A stretch of DNA of 64,000 nt from Octopus sinensis. Lineage: Eukaryota. Where the stretch lies: NCBI RefSeq assembly GCF_006345805.1, contig NC_042999.1:26102001-26166000 (forward strand). The letters run 5' to 3'. Position 1 is the first letter of the stretch. Each line of letters begins with the position of its first letter. Of this stretch, positions 1-13,405 are shown one piece after another. A program made the translations under genes and the position numbers. The notes beneath the pieces are model-generated. The model was not told the DNA's origin, searched no databases, and saw only the letters and a list, made by a program, of their open reading frames with translations.

Positions 1-339
1 CTTCGCATTGTGACTAGCGATGTGTAGCAACATCCGATAGCCTGGCCGGTCACGGGGATCACGGTGATATAGCTATATAGCAGTAAGGAAATTTTCCACT
101 TAATTTTCTATAGATCAGCATGGCCACAGTTCATGAGCTGAAACTAAAAAATCAATCATATATGTGCGAAAATGCGGATACACATGCGCGCACATACATT
201 TCATAGGAACTTCCTATTGGTTACGATAATAGTAACTGTGAAAATAATGTTTGTAATCATTATTTTTATTGCTAGAATTATTGTTATTCTTATTAACATT
301 ATCATTGTTGATGTGGCTCTTGTTGCCACTGTTGTTGTA

Positions 340-510
340 AGCAGAATCTTTAGCACGCCGGCCAAAATGCATAGCGACATTTCTTCCGGCTTTACGTTTA
401 GTCATAGAGTTCTGCCGATGTCGACTTTGTCTTACATATTTTGGGAGGTACCGGGATCTATCTGATCAACTTACCCACTCGACATTATCTCAGACCCGGA
501 GTATAATTAT
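340..510 (+). mobile_element. Degenerate copy of the abundant tRNA-derived SINE (family A)
   Basis: ttagcacgccggccaaaatgcatagcgacatttc..gtcgactttgtctt matches the better copies at 13406 and 25952. Confidence 0.6.
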
Positions 511-1216
511 TGTCGTAATAGAAGTAACAGAATCACCAGCAGCACCGCTGGTAGTAGCAATGCTTTCTGTTGTTGTAGTAAAGTAAGAATAATATGTTTC
601 CTTTGCCACATTAGCTCGATTTAAGAGGGCATTACAAATCCTGTTTATATAATGTATTTATTAAAAAAAATTGTATATATGCAACACTAAAATTTAAATG
701 AACCTTTGGCCAAAGAATGTATTGAAAAGACATCATGCGTTAAGTTATAGGTGAAAATATGTTTGTTTTTTATATTTTGTGTTTTCATGAGAATTCTAAT
801 AGCAATGATAATTATTAATATGATGCCACTTATGTCTATGGCCATAACTATTATGGTGATGATGGTGAGCGAGTTAATCATGGTGATTACGACCATTATG
901 ATGATGATGATGTTGACTGTAATAATGATTTTGATGATGGTGTTGATGCTGTTGATGATGAGGATCATGATCATGATGACGACATCTTCCACAATTGACC
1001 AGATAAAATATGAATAGACAATGATAAATATGGCTCTACATCCTAAAAAGCATGTGTAGATCTTGTAGAAGTCGAAGATTATAGAGGGATTCAAGAAACT
1101 GTAATAAAATTCCAACTATGATGACTAAGAGCAACAACAATATCACAGAATCATAATTCTAAGACTTTCCGCATAAGCAATTGTATTAGGTTGTCTTTTA
1201 TAGGTAGATGACTTTG

Positions 1217-1247
<31 letters not shown>

Positions 1248-1489
1248 GTAAGATGAAATGGGATTAAAGATCATATCAGATATCGATTAAGCACTCAGTA
1301 TTAAGGAATAGATTAAATTTCCAACGATCGGATACCAGTAAACGTAAGTAGAATACAGATCCCAGGTGAATCCTCAAGGGTGGATTTGGTGGGCGGAATC
1401 GGAATTAGGATTACCTTGCTAATGTTTTGTTGATATATATTTTCGTAGATGTCATTAATAATTTTAATAATGTTGTTTATATCTATGTA

Positions 1490-2228
<739 letters not shown>

Positions 2229-2257
2229 AATGAAGTTAAACGCAGGCGTTTTTCAGA

Positions 2258-2360
2258 TTCTTTTTTTCCGATATATGTTTTGAAGACAACATTGTATTAT
2301 TCCAAAAGGATAAGAATGGTGTAAAACAATGTTATCTTCTCATCAGGGAAAGAAAGTAAC
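2258..2360 (-). ncRNA. Type I hammerhead ribozyme motif in the PLE pLTR (G12 mutated)
   Basis: Minus strand reads tttctttcc-CTGATGA-GAAGATAACATTG..CAATGTTGTCTTC-aAAAC-ATAT-ATC-ggaaaaaaag. Stem II is 13 bp and stem I pairs 9 of 10. Confidence 0.7.
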
Positions 2361-2598
2361 CAAAATCACCAATAAGACATTTTAACAGAATGCGATGTAT
2401 CTGTATAATGATGAACGAAATACTATTAAGTTGTTTTCTAAAAAACATCATAGGTAGCCTACAGAAAGAGAAGAGGGAAAAGCAAGAAATAAGTAGAAAA
2501 CTAATAAAGGAGAAATGTAGAGGGATATGTGAATTAAAATAAAAGCTTGAAGACTTGATAATAGATATATCTAGTGGAAGTGAAATGTAAGAAGAAAA

Positions 2599-2990
2599 TC
2601 AATGTTCAATTATATAGAATCTTAGAAGTGACTTATATGAACTAAATGTATGATTCTGCCAATGTTTACATTGATTAGCACGCCCTATAAACATGTTTAC
2701 AAGGAGATTCTTATTAAATGAAATATAGAGGAACTCACTATTACAGAGTTGGCAGAATTCTTTGCCTTTATCATATGGTAATGAAATGGAGAGAATCAAC
2801 CAATATAAATTAAATTGTTTATTATGATCTTTTAGGTACCAAATTAATTTACTAAGCCCTGTACTATTGCGTTTATTACTATCCCTAAATGTAGAGTAAT
2901 GATTAAAAATTCTTTTAAATAGCTGAGACGAACTTCCCATATAAAAAAGACATCGGTACCGGAAGTAATTTTACTCTGGTATATAGAGTT
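2599..2990 (-). pseudogene. PLE GIY-YIG endonuclease remnant
   Basis: ORF 2599-2940 has YxG, KR..NH, CxLC, E and CxH motifs typical of PLE endonucleases. It is out of frame with the upstream linker at a T6 run. Confidence 0.88.
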
Positions 2991-3412
2991 TTTAATCTTA
3001 GAATTACTAGACATAAACTTAATTCTGTTGAAATTGACTTCAGAGATAATAACCTTGTTGCTAATATTACTAGGGGAATGGTTATTATTAGCTAAATTAA
3101 TGTTAGTATTTTCAGTAATTGCATTCTTATTTAACAGACTAATATTATGTGAAGAGATAATTTGTGAAAGATTTTTTTTGTGTGTTAGAAAAACTAACTC
3201 GTGTGCGATTTGATAATCGAGTAATACTTAGAATTCTTTGGAAAGTTCTAAATAATAGCTTCACGGAACTGGAAAGGAAGATTGCATTTAATTTGTCTCC
3301 CATAAGGAATAGTCAACCAAATAGCTTTGCTAGTAGTTGCCTTATTGTTATTGTAACTATCTTTAAAAGAATTCGACTTACCTTTAGAAGGAAAATGGGA
3401 TTTAAATAACGG

Positions 3413-4500
3413 TTAACTCCCTTGCGCTGAAAAAGCTTTACTCTGTTTGGTGTTGGCATCTAAATTAAAATCTTTCATATCGTTACAACTAGATTTCATG
3501 TCTCCATTACTAAATTTAGAGTAAGATTGAATAGAATTAAGGTAGGTAACTTTATCTATATAGCAAGCTTTAAGTAAGGCAGAATTATAAAATTCAGCCT
3601 TGTCGTTGAAAATGTCAATATTAGCAGATAACTTAGACAATCTGCATGAAAGATTTTTAACTAAATTCTTAATGATGGCACTAGAATGATTACTGAATTG
3701 GCTAATATACTTAAGATTGGTTGATGGTTTGTGGTATGGGAAATACGTATTGTTGTATAAGTTAAGTGTAATATCTAAAAAGTGGGCTTTCGTTACATCC
3801 TCATCAAAAACGATGTCTAAGCCCGTTCTTCGGAAAAACTTAACTAAACTATTCTTAACCTTTTGTACTCTTTGGTTAGAAACAATTTGAAGGTAGAGTA
3901 AACCATCATCACGATGTAGACCTCCATTGATGCTTGGGTACTGGTCTGCCATTTCATAAAGTATATATATATATATACCGACCAAATCAGCTATTTGTGC
4001 TGAATCAGGACTTCCCATCGTGACATCAAAACCAGCGGATGTATATTTAGTGACCCTCAGCTTGTTAACAAATTTTAAGATAGATTTTCTGGCGGCCAAC
4101 ATGACATTAATCTCTTCCATGGTGAGACCAGCTTCGTTGTGAGCTAAACCGGAGTGCCTTATTAAGTACTATTGAGTTGATGGAGGAATAGAAATGTCAA
4201 ACTGGATAATGGAAATGTCAAACTAGAAATGTCAAACTGGATAAAATTAGTGCTCTTCTTATTAGTAATACAGCCATACCAGTCAACGACTTGGAAGGAA
4301 TTGGACAATAAACTAAGATTTAATTTTTTAACTAAGGTAGGAATATATTTATCTAGAATATTTTTACTAAGTACATCGATGTCAGATCTAGAAGGACAGA
4401 TAAAAATGTTTTTCTATGATATTTTAAAATAAAACCAGGTTGCTTAGGATCAAGCGGTTCTGTCTTCATCTGTAAGTCATACTTCTCCATAATTTTCTTA
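3413..4500 (-). pseudogene. PLE reverse transcriptase coding remnant
   Basis: ORF 3413-4120 plus upstream frameshifted segments (ICPSRSDIDVLSKNILDKYIPTLVKKLNL..VVDWY..NFIQFD). The catalytic DD is retained as HRDD. Confidence 0.9.
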
Positions 4501-4664
4501 GCCTCAAGGCTGGCTTTCCTGAGTGCACTTTTACCGGTAATTCTATTGTTCTTATAAAAATTTTATGAAATGAAGTTCCAGGTAATAGTGCTTAGTAAGT
4601 TTCTACAGGTTTCTCGTTTTATCTGACTGAACCAGTATACTATCCATGCTATGAATTTCCATGG

Positions 4665-5380
4665 TGATATTTTATATAGGTAGTTCTTCACAGTTATGTA
4701 AAAGAATTTATAATCATTACTCTACATTGAGGGATAGTAATAAACGCAATAGTACAGGGCTTAGTAAATTAATTTGGTATCTAAAAGATCATAACAAACA
4801 ATTTAATTTATATTGGTTGATTCTCTCCATTTCATTCCCATACGATAAAGGCAAAGAATTCTGCCAACTCTGTAATATTCTATTTTCTAAGAACCCCCTT
4901 GTAAACACGTTTATAGAGCGTGCTTATCATTGACAGGAACATAGCTTTAGTTCATATAAGTGATTTCTACCATTCTATATATTTGCACTTTGTTTTCTCC
5001 TTACATTTCACTTCCACTAGATATAGCTATTTCTAAGCCTATAAGCTTATATTTTAATTCACATATCGCTCTACATTTCTCCTTTGTTAGTTATCTGCTT
5101 ATTTCTTTATTTTATCTCTTCTCTTTCTGTAGGCTAGCTATGACGTTATATCTACTAACGGTTTTTTAGAAAAAATTAATAGCGTCCGCTCATCATTATA
5201 CACATACATCGCATTCTGTTAAAATGTCTTATAGATGAGTTTGGTTTCTTTCTTTCCCTGATGAGACGATAACTTTGCTCTACACATTTTTGTTCCTTCT
5301 GGAATAATACCAATGTTGTCTTCGAAACATATATCGGCAGTAAAAGAATTTGAATAACACTTGCGTTTAATTCCATTTAT
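4665..5380 (+). mobile_element. Inverted pseudo-LTR of the PLE (endonuclease 3' part plus 3' UTR)
   Basis: Reverse complement of about 2230-2945 (roughly 80-90% identity by eye). ORF 4661-4933 repeats the GIY-YIG peptide on the + strand. Confidence 0.9.
5245..5350 (+). ncRNA. Type I hammerhead ribozyme motif in the inverted pLTR
   Basis: CTGATGA at 5258-5264, stem II pairing 11 of 13, GAAA at 5324-5327, putative ATC triplet at 5333-5335, then GG pairing with the upstream CC. Confidence 0.72.
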
Positions 5381-5967
5381 TTAATTATATATATTATACA
5401 AAATATTTCACGTTAACCCGTAATTTCTACCTTTAGAAACAGGATGTTACGCTCTTATTGTATGACTTTTTGCTTCCCTCGTAACTCTTTATTTATTTTT
5501 CGTGTTAATTGTAAACAAGGGAAAACGCACACATCTGCTTGGTCTTATATATATCTACCAACTTTGACCCTCCGCAGAATCCCAGATTTTAAGTAATTGG
5601 CTTTGGTGGATTAACTGTTTTGTTCAGGGCGTACCTTGTGAATTGTCCGAAATACGGAGTAGAAAAACAGCCGACAACTGACGGGGGTTCGTTCATTATG
5701 CTGCTTGTGTTGTTTTTCATTTGTTTTCTTTCGTTCCAATTTGTTTCTTTTGTTGCTCACAAAAAAGTTCGTATTCCATGTTTTCGTATTTCGTATTTCA
5801 AGTTGTTTACGTTCTGTGACGTCCTGTGCCCATGCGTGCATATGTATATACATATATATGTATGTGTGTACATATACGCATGTATATATGCATATATATT
5901 ATTTATATTATTATATAATTGAATACCATGCATCTATTTCCAAGTATATATATATATCGATACATAC

Positions 5968-6037
<70 letters not shown>

Positions 6038-6068
6038 AACTGTAATTACTCACATATGTACACTTGTA

Positions 6069-6130
<62 letters not shown>

Positions 6131-6845
6131 CACACATATGTATATGCATAAATCCATACACACACTCATATATATACATAGATACACACGTAAAAGCATC
6201 CATCCATACATACAAACATACATACATATGTACATACATACTTATTTGTATGCATTCACAGGGACAGGTGTCATTGGATATTGAGAATTGTGTTCCCAAG
6301 CACATGGCTGTAGGTTGAGTCACACTCCGAAGCACCCTTGGTAGGCGCTTTCAAATAGAACTCTGTACCGACCAAAAGGTTTTGAGTGGATTTAGTGAGA
6401 GGGGTGGCAAACAGAATATAATCCTATATATATGTAAGATATCTTCTGTTAGGCATTCTTCAGAGAGACACTCAAATAATATCATTTGATTCCTGCTTCA
6501 AGAATTTTTAATAGGATGTATCTTATATGATTTCTACTACATGTACAATTTTGTAATTCCTATTAGGAAATGAATCACGTGTATTGAACAATAAATAATG
6601 CTAAATGCATTTTCAAATTTTATATTTTCAAATTGTTATTCTGAAGAAAATATCGTCTAGTATATTTTAAATTTTACGCATTCCTCAAACAATTATAACA
6701 TTTCTATAGAGAAGATGTCCTTGAAGATGTCACAGCTTGGATTTTAAAAGAATCTACTTAATATATGTATGTGTATATATGTGTGTGCGCGTGTTTGTGC
6801 ATGTGAGAGTATGTATGCATGTATGTATGTATGTATGTATGTATG

Positions 6846-6876
<31 letters not shown>

Positions 6877-6915
6877 TTATCTCTGTCTTTCTGTCTCTTT
6901 ATATATATATATATA

Positions 6916-7078
6916 GGCGCAGGAGTGACTGTGCTGTAAGTAGCTTGCTTACCAACCGCTTGGTTCTGGGTTCAGTCCCACTGTGTGGCACCTAGAGCAA
7001 GTGTCTTTTACTATAGCCTCGGGCCGGCCAAAGCCTTGTGAGTGGATTTGGTAGACAGAAACTGAAAGAAGCCTGTCG

Positions 7079-7125
<47 letters not shown>

Positions 7126-7349
7126 GTATATGTGTGTGCGTGTGTGTGTATATGTGTGTATGTGCTTGTGTGTCTGTGTTTGACCCCCAGCATCGCTTGT
7201 GTTTATGTCCCCGTAACTTAGCGGTTCGGCAAAAGAAACCGATAGAATAAGTACTAGGCTTACAAAAAATAAGTCCTGGGGTTGATTTGCTCGACTAAAG
7301 GTGGTGCTCCAGCATGACTGCAGTCAAATAACTGAAACAAGTCAAAGAG
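6916..7349 (+). mobile_element. tRNA-derived SINE family B, full length, with internal microsatellite
   Basis: The head carries a B-box-like gggttcagtccc and a CORE-like gtggcacctagagcaagtgtc segment. It is collinear with the reverse complement of 34660-35076. Confidence 0.82.
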
Positions 7350-7542
7350 GAAAAGACTTTACGTATAAAATAGGTACAAGTAATGAGGTTTGTACATTTT
7401 ATGTGCATTACAGAATTTTCAGACTTACAGAATTTTCAGATATGGGTGCATCAATGGTCGAATCTTATCAATACCTCAATGGATCCAATGAAAATATTGT
7501 GAACGACCGTTGGAATACAATCTTCGTCAAAGTCTAACAGTA

Positions 7543-8297
7543 AGGGCAAAAGAAAAATCTCTAATGCCAAAATATGCCGAAGATATACCTAATGTCAATA
7601 ACCACGTAATTTATCACTACAAGCACGCGTTTCGAAGAAAGCCGATTGAAATTTCTAAAAAAATTCCGTTATTACCATATCCAACCCGATTTCAGAGTTA
7701 GTTCATAGGCACCTTCCCTTCATCAGGCAAAGAAATAAGTGAAATACTTACTTATACCCATGAAAGAAGTGAAAACTAAGTCATGAGCACAATTAAGTAC
7801 CCTAAATTTATCCAAAATAGAAACTCTCTAGTCCATCTCGAGACACGTGCGATTCGAACTGAAAAACTCTCGTAAAGTGATAGAATTTTTTTCGAAAAAT
7901 TTTATCCTACATAAATTTTGATTTAATAGTGTTCACTTCTGGACTGTCTCACTTTAAGAGAGTGTTTTAGTTCGAATCGCACGTGTCTCGAGGTGTGCTA
8001 GAGAATTTCTATTTTGGATATATTTGGGGTACTTAATTGTGCTCATGACTTAGTGTTCACTTCTTCCATGGGTATAAGTAAGTATTTCACAGATTTCTTT
8101 GCCGCATTTATCACTGATGAAGGGAAGGTTCTTATGAACTAACTCTGAAATCGGGTCCGGTATGGTAATAACGGGATTTTTTAGAAATTTTTGTCGGCTT
8201 TCTTCGAAACACGTGCTTGTAGTGATAAATTACATGGCTATTGACGTTATGTCTATTTTCAGAATATTTTGGCATTAGAAATTTTTTCTTTTGCCCT
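7543..8297. repeat. Long imperfect inverted repeat (arms about 340 bp, spacer 68 bp), probable pair of inverted PLE pLTRs
   Basis: 7543-7880 is the reverse complement of 7949-8297 (for example gttcgaatcgcacgtgtctcgag). Each arm carries a CTGATGA..GAAA motif. Confidence 0.88.
8105..8165 (+). ncRNA. Hammerhead-like motif (mirror copy at 7681-7735 on the minus strand)
   Basis: CTGATGA at 8114-8120, stem II AGGG-aa-GGTTC/GAACT-aa-CTCT, GAAA at 8147-8150, GTC at 8155-8157. Stem I is poor. Confidence 0.5.
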
Positions 8298-8302
8298 CAC
8301 TT

Positions 8303-8384
<82 letters not shown>

Positions 8385-8519
8385 AGTATCAGTACTCTGC
8401 AAAGTAAGTACCGGGGTTAACTTGTTCGACTAAACTATCCCAGGTGTTGCTCCAGCATGGCATCTGACCAATGACATTAGCAAGTAAAACATGAAAGGCA
8501 ATATACATACATATATATA

Positions 8520-8602
<83 letters not shown>

Positions 8603-10120
8603 CATGTATTTCACTGAAATACGTGATGTCAATACCTCAAAACTCGACAAATTAAAAAGCTGAGCTGAAACTGTTGAAATATGAAATAAAAAAAAAAATC
8701 ACTACCTGTTTTCAAAGGACTCCATCGATGAGTATATTCATTTGTTGCCATTTTTTAGATACCCCCAGCCCACTTCCCGCTATTCATTTTCATTGGAAAA
8801 ATCATTGTGTTGAATTAAGATTTTATATGTATTGCCAATGATCATATCAGTAATGCCTATCAGACTACCAGATCAATCTTTCACCATTCCATTTATCTTT
8901 CAAATATTGACATGTGGAAATTGAAGTAAAATGTACTTTATTTTTATTATTATTCTTTAAGTATATACAGAACGTGAATGCACATATGTCTAACGATATA
9001 TTTCTCATTAATTCTCGCTTCCTCCTCTTTCTCCAACCAAACCCCATTCTCCATAGTATTAGAAGAATAATATTTATATTTTCCATTCAATAATAATAGC
9101 GATAAAGATGTATGGGTTTTCACTTGGCACCTATCCAACTTTATTGGGGGCGGGGAAGGAATATGCCTGAATTTAGCAATTTTCAGTTCTCTACTAGTGT
9201 CAATTCCATAGACTCACGGGAGAAGGAAAATCATAATGGTCTATAGCAGAATACAAATATGCACAAACACGTACTGGCAAACTCACTCAAAGCACACGTA
9301 TACATGCGCGTATATAAATATTTCACATGCACACAAACGACGGAGACACACAAACAGAGGAAGAAGGTGTGAAATGGAAAAAAGTAGGGACAGGCACATA
9401 TAATCGTAGTTGTGTATATGCATGTGTATTAATGTGTATGAATAGTCCTCCGCAATTTAACTACTTAATGCGCTTACGTTCAGAGAGAAAATCGATGTTT
9501 GTGATCACTTTGACGATGGTGATCATCATCATAATAATAATGGTTTATGACATAGGCACAAAACCAGAACCATTTTGGTAAGAGTTTGTGTGACGTTTAT
9601 CGATCCACAAGTGATGACTTGACTCGTACTTTATTTTATCAACTACGAAAATGTAAAATGCGCAGCTGATCGAACTCAGCGAGGTTTAACCATAGAATGT
9701 AAAGATTTGGAACAAATGCCGCAAACCACTTGGACACTAACGATTCTGTCGTCTCAGAACCCTGAGTAATTACTTGTTTAAGCAAAAGTACGATTATTTT
9801 GGTGGAAGGGCTAAGAGGAAATCAGCTACGTCAGTGCATGATCGCTAATTTACTTTATACACCGTCCGGAAATATGAAAATCAAAGTTAAATTCGGCAGG
9901 ATTCTCACTTCGAACGTAATGGAACGGTAGAAATAGAGTAAACTACTTTTTTCGACGCTCTAAACATTTCACCAGCCCTCTGATGATGATGATGACGATT
10001 ATAATAATTGTAATAATAATAATGATGATGATGAGGCATTGAGTTGAATATGACATTGTGAGTTATTTAGGTAGGTAACAACAATTCAAAGCGAATACAT
10101 GTGCATGCATACATACATAC

Positions 10121-10674
10121 ATGGTGGCTGCCCCCTCGTTATCGAGTATGGCTATTGGTCGAAGCTTAATCAATGTTGTTATCGTGCAATACCTGTGCAA
10201 CAAGATTCTTTTAAAGTGAGGAAAGGCTGTGCACTGAGTCAATCCCACTCACTAAGCAACAGCAGCCATAATCCGAAAAGAAGAGCAAGTCAACATCATC
10301 GGTAACCACAGAGCCGCAGGCTTTATGTCGGAGTTATCCCAGTTACCTGAGTTACCATCTCCTAGAAGGATGCCCTAACAAAGGCTAGGAGTCCTTCACT
10401 CCCAATGGTTTAATCGCGCGATCGGATATTCATTCCGATTATTTCTATATCCCCGCGCATGATACAGCCTTAAGACATTTATTGGATGGCCGTTGACTCT
10501 CAAGAGTTCCTCCGTCCTTTGACGGGTTTTGTTTTTCATCCCGCAGGGTGTCCAATAAACACCCTCCTAACGAAGCAAGCTTGGTGGGGTTGCCGGTTTA
10601 GTCACCGACGACCCGACCATGCAACAGGTTGTACTGGGTTACATGTTACCAGTAGAACTCGAAAGTGACCTGAC
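10121..10674. mobile_element. Interspersed element of about 555 bp (family C), copy 1
   Basis: End-to-end match (about 90% by eye) with 29020-29574 in the same orientation. Both copies sit in TACA/TA microsatellites. Confidence 0.85.
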
Positions 10675-11130
10675 ATACACATACATACAAACATACATAC
10701 ATACATACATACATACATACATACATACATACATACATACATACATACATGCATGCATGACACACAAATATTTAAGTGCATATAGATATATATAAATATA
10801 TGCATATATTAATGATAAAAAGAGAAGACGGAATGAACTAACAAAAAAAAAACAATTGTCTAATCTTCAAGATGCGTTACTCCCTTCTGGGCGTGGTACG
10901 ATACAGCAACACCAGATGCAACCCGCAATACATAGAAGGCTCTTCAGGTGGGATAATAAGGTTTTTAAACTGGGTGATTTACATTTGAGCTTAGCTGTAT
11001 TGAGATATTTTAACAGTTAAACAGACGCACTAAGAGATACGCACAATTTTTAATCTTATATTTGACTTATAAATATATTCATATATATACATCAATCTTA
11101 CTCTCACTTCTCTCTGTGTTCACTCTCTTA

Positions 11131-11161
<31 letters not shown>

Positions 11162-12689
11162 ATATATATATATATATATATGTATTATATATATATATAA
11201 GTACATGTATGTATATATATATAAGTATACATCTATGTATATCTACATATATAGGTGTATGTGTGTTTGTACATACATATGTGTGTATAGACACACACAC
11301 ACACACACACACACGCAATCACACACACGTTAGCAGATATACAAATATATTCCTTTTGCTTTGTACATACGATAGCCTTATCAACAAGCAGCCATACGCT
11401 TTGGGCAATGTAATTTCTGACTTTTCTCTTTATACGTTGTGATAGAGACCACAACTAAAATAGAGAAGTAAGATAACAAAGAATTCATGGAGTCTAATTG
11501 GCATAAAAGATTTCACGACAAAAGGTATCGCATTTGACCTTCATGTTTTTCCTTGGAATTCTGTACTCCTGACTTTCAACAGAATATGCAGTTGCTATTG
11601 CATTGAAGCCAACTAGGAAGGTTCTACGTCATCATTAAATCTGCTAGCAATAGCGGCAATACCTGCTTCAGTTTATAGCCGACGAAATAAATTTACTAGT
11701 TGGTCATGGTTGGAAACACATTCAGGTGTGCTTGTTCATGCCTGATCTGTGGTGGAACGACAATAAATATAGCATTCTCAACCTTAAGATATTCGTTTCT
11801 TTTGGTTGAGATGGTTTTATGCTAATGAAAATCGTAGGATATTAGGGACATGTTTTGCTGTCCTTTTGTTATTTTAGCCACAGACCTGACATAGGTTTTA
11901 AAGGAGAACCTAAATTGCATTCTAAAATCAAATTCTCACAAAAATTACCAAGCAGAGATGGGACCTTAGATTGTTAGTAAAAGAAAAGAGTCAAACAAAA
12001 CAGCATCATATTAACATTAGATCTGTTCTGTCAAGATGAAGACCCTCAAAGCACAACAGAGTATAAACCCTATGAATATATTTGCTCTTTATGGGCTCAC
12101 GTGATTTTAAACAACACACAATTCGCACCCTAAATCGTCTTTAAAAAATCAAAACCTGATTATTTGGAATATTCGATCGCCTTGACGAATGATTATTCAC
12201 TTAGAATAGAATGGGGAGTTTATATCTCTAGTTTTATACGGTACTGAAATAGAATTATATATATATATAGAACAAGTATGAATCGAACCTATGCTTCATA
12301 CAAAACCATAACCATCATGGTGAGGTCCCGACGCAAGACCTACAAGTGACGACATCTCATCATTCACTTCTTATATGTTCTATTGATAGATAAACGAGGG
12401 ACACATACGATAAAGGGCCTCTACTCATGGTTATTATAACTTTAATTATATGCGCTTAGTCAGGGATGGCCGTGGTTTAAACAGTTATTACAACAACAAA
12501 TTTACTGGAAATTTTGATATATTCTCATGTCACAAACTCATATATACCTTTGTACCTGATGGAATAAACCTCAGGATATCTTTATATATAAAAGGCAAGT
12601 TGTGTGTCTGTCTCCTACGATTTAGATTCCTAACTACTCCCACATTTTTTTGTGCAGTTTAACCAAAACCGGGTATCTTATAGTCGTGA

Positions 12690-12973
12690 TTCATATCGAG
12701 CCCTTCTGGGTATTAGCGCGCGTCTACGATGAGTCTACGATTAAAAAAAATGTTTACCATAATTTTTTTCCATTTTAATGCATTTTCACTATTATATAAG
12801 GGAAGTAACTCTCTAAAAATGTCTACGATGAGTCAACGATTTAAAAAAAATTTACCATAATTTTTTTTCCATTTTTAATGCATCTTTTTGCTATTTTTTG
12901 GCTATAACTCTCTAAAAATGCTTATATAGTTATTTCCCTTACAAACCTGAGCAACGCCGGGCGATACTGCTAG
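12690..12973 (+). mobile_element. Non-autonomous Helitron-like element, 3' end
   Basis: Ends cctgagcaacgccgggcgatactgCTAG|T, that is a subterminal GC hairpin plus CTAG before T. It contains a tandem duplication of about 99 bp (12723-12821 and 12822-12920). The 5' end is uncertain. Confidence 0.7.
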
Positions 12974-13405
12974 TAACTTATAAAGATTACAATTGTAAGG
13001 CTCGTAGACCATTAGAAGTAAATGTTGTAACTGTTTATTCTTCTAATCAGTAATCGGATTTACAAGCCAACATTAGATATTGCTGCTGTGCCACGCAGAC
13101 ATTCGTATTGTCTTGCTACGCGGGAATATATCTGCTTCAGTTCAATAATATTTGTAGTTGTCTCCAACTAGATTTGAAACTGGAACGATGAGGAAGGAAT
13201 TTTCGCTTCAGATACTTATTATATTGGAAAATAATACCGCAGACTTGATAGGGGCGACATATACAAGCAAGGGGTTATTCTACAACATTGATGGTACACA
13301 TTCTTTTGATACCAATCGTAGAAAGTTGAAAAAAATTGTTCTTATCAAAATGGGGATCAATAGTCAACGGCATCCGAATGCAATAAATGATATTATTATC
13401 ATTAA

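Larger units (their letters stand above)
2230..4650 (-). mobile_element. Penelope-like retroelement (RT plus C-terminal GIY-YIG endonuclease), frameshifted
   Basis: Minus-strand translation gives PLE RT motifs: NFIQFD, FYSSI, FDVTMGSPDSAQIADLVG, GLHRDDGL, FLDITLNL, YFPYHKP, SNHSSAIIK. A GIY-YIG region follows: SIYQSKI..YMGSS..KRIFNH..LSKLIWYLK..CQLC..E..CKH. Frameshifts near 4130-4250 and 2945. Left flank is (TA)n. Confidence 0.92.

Noticed and set aside
5600-5830. Possible hammerhead relic (GGGCG..TGTCC-GAAA)
   Set aside because: There is no CTGANGA core upstream of the stem.
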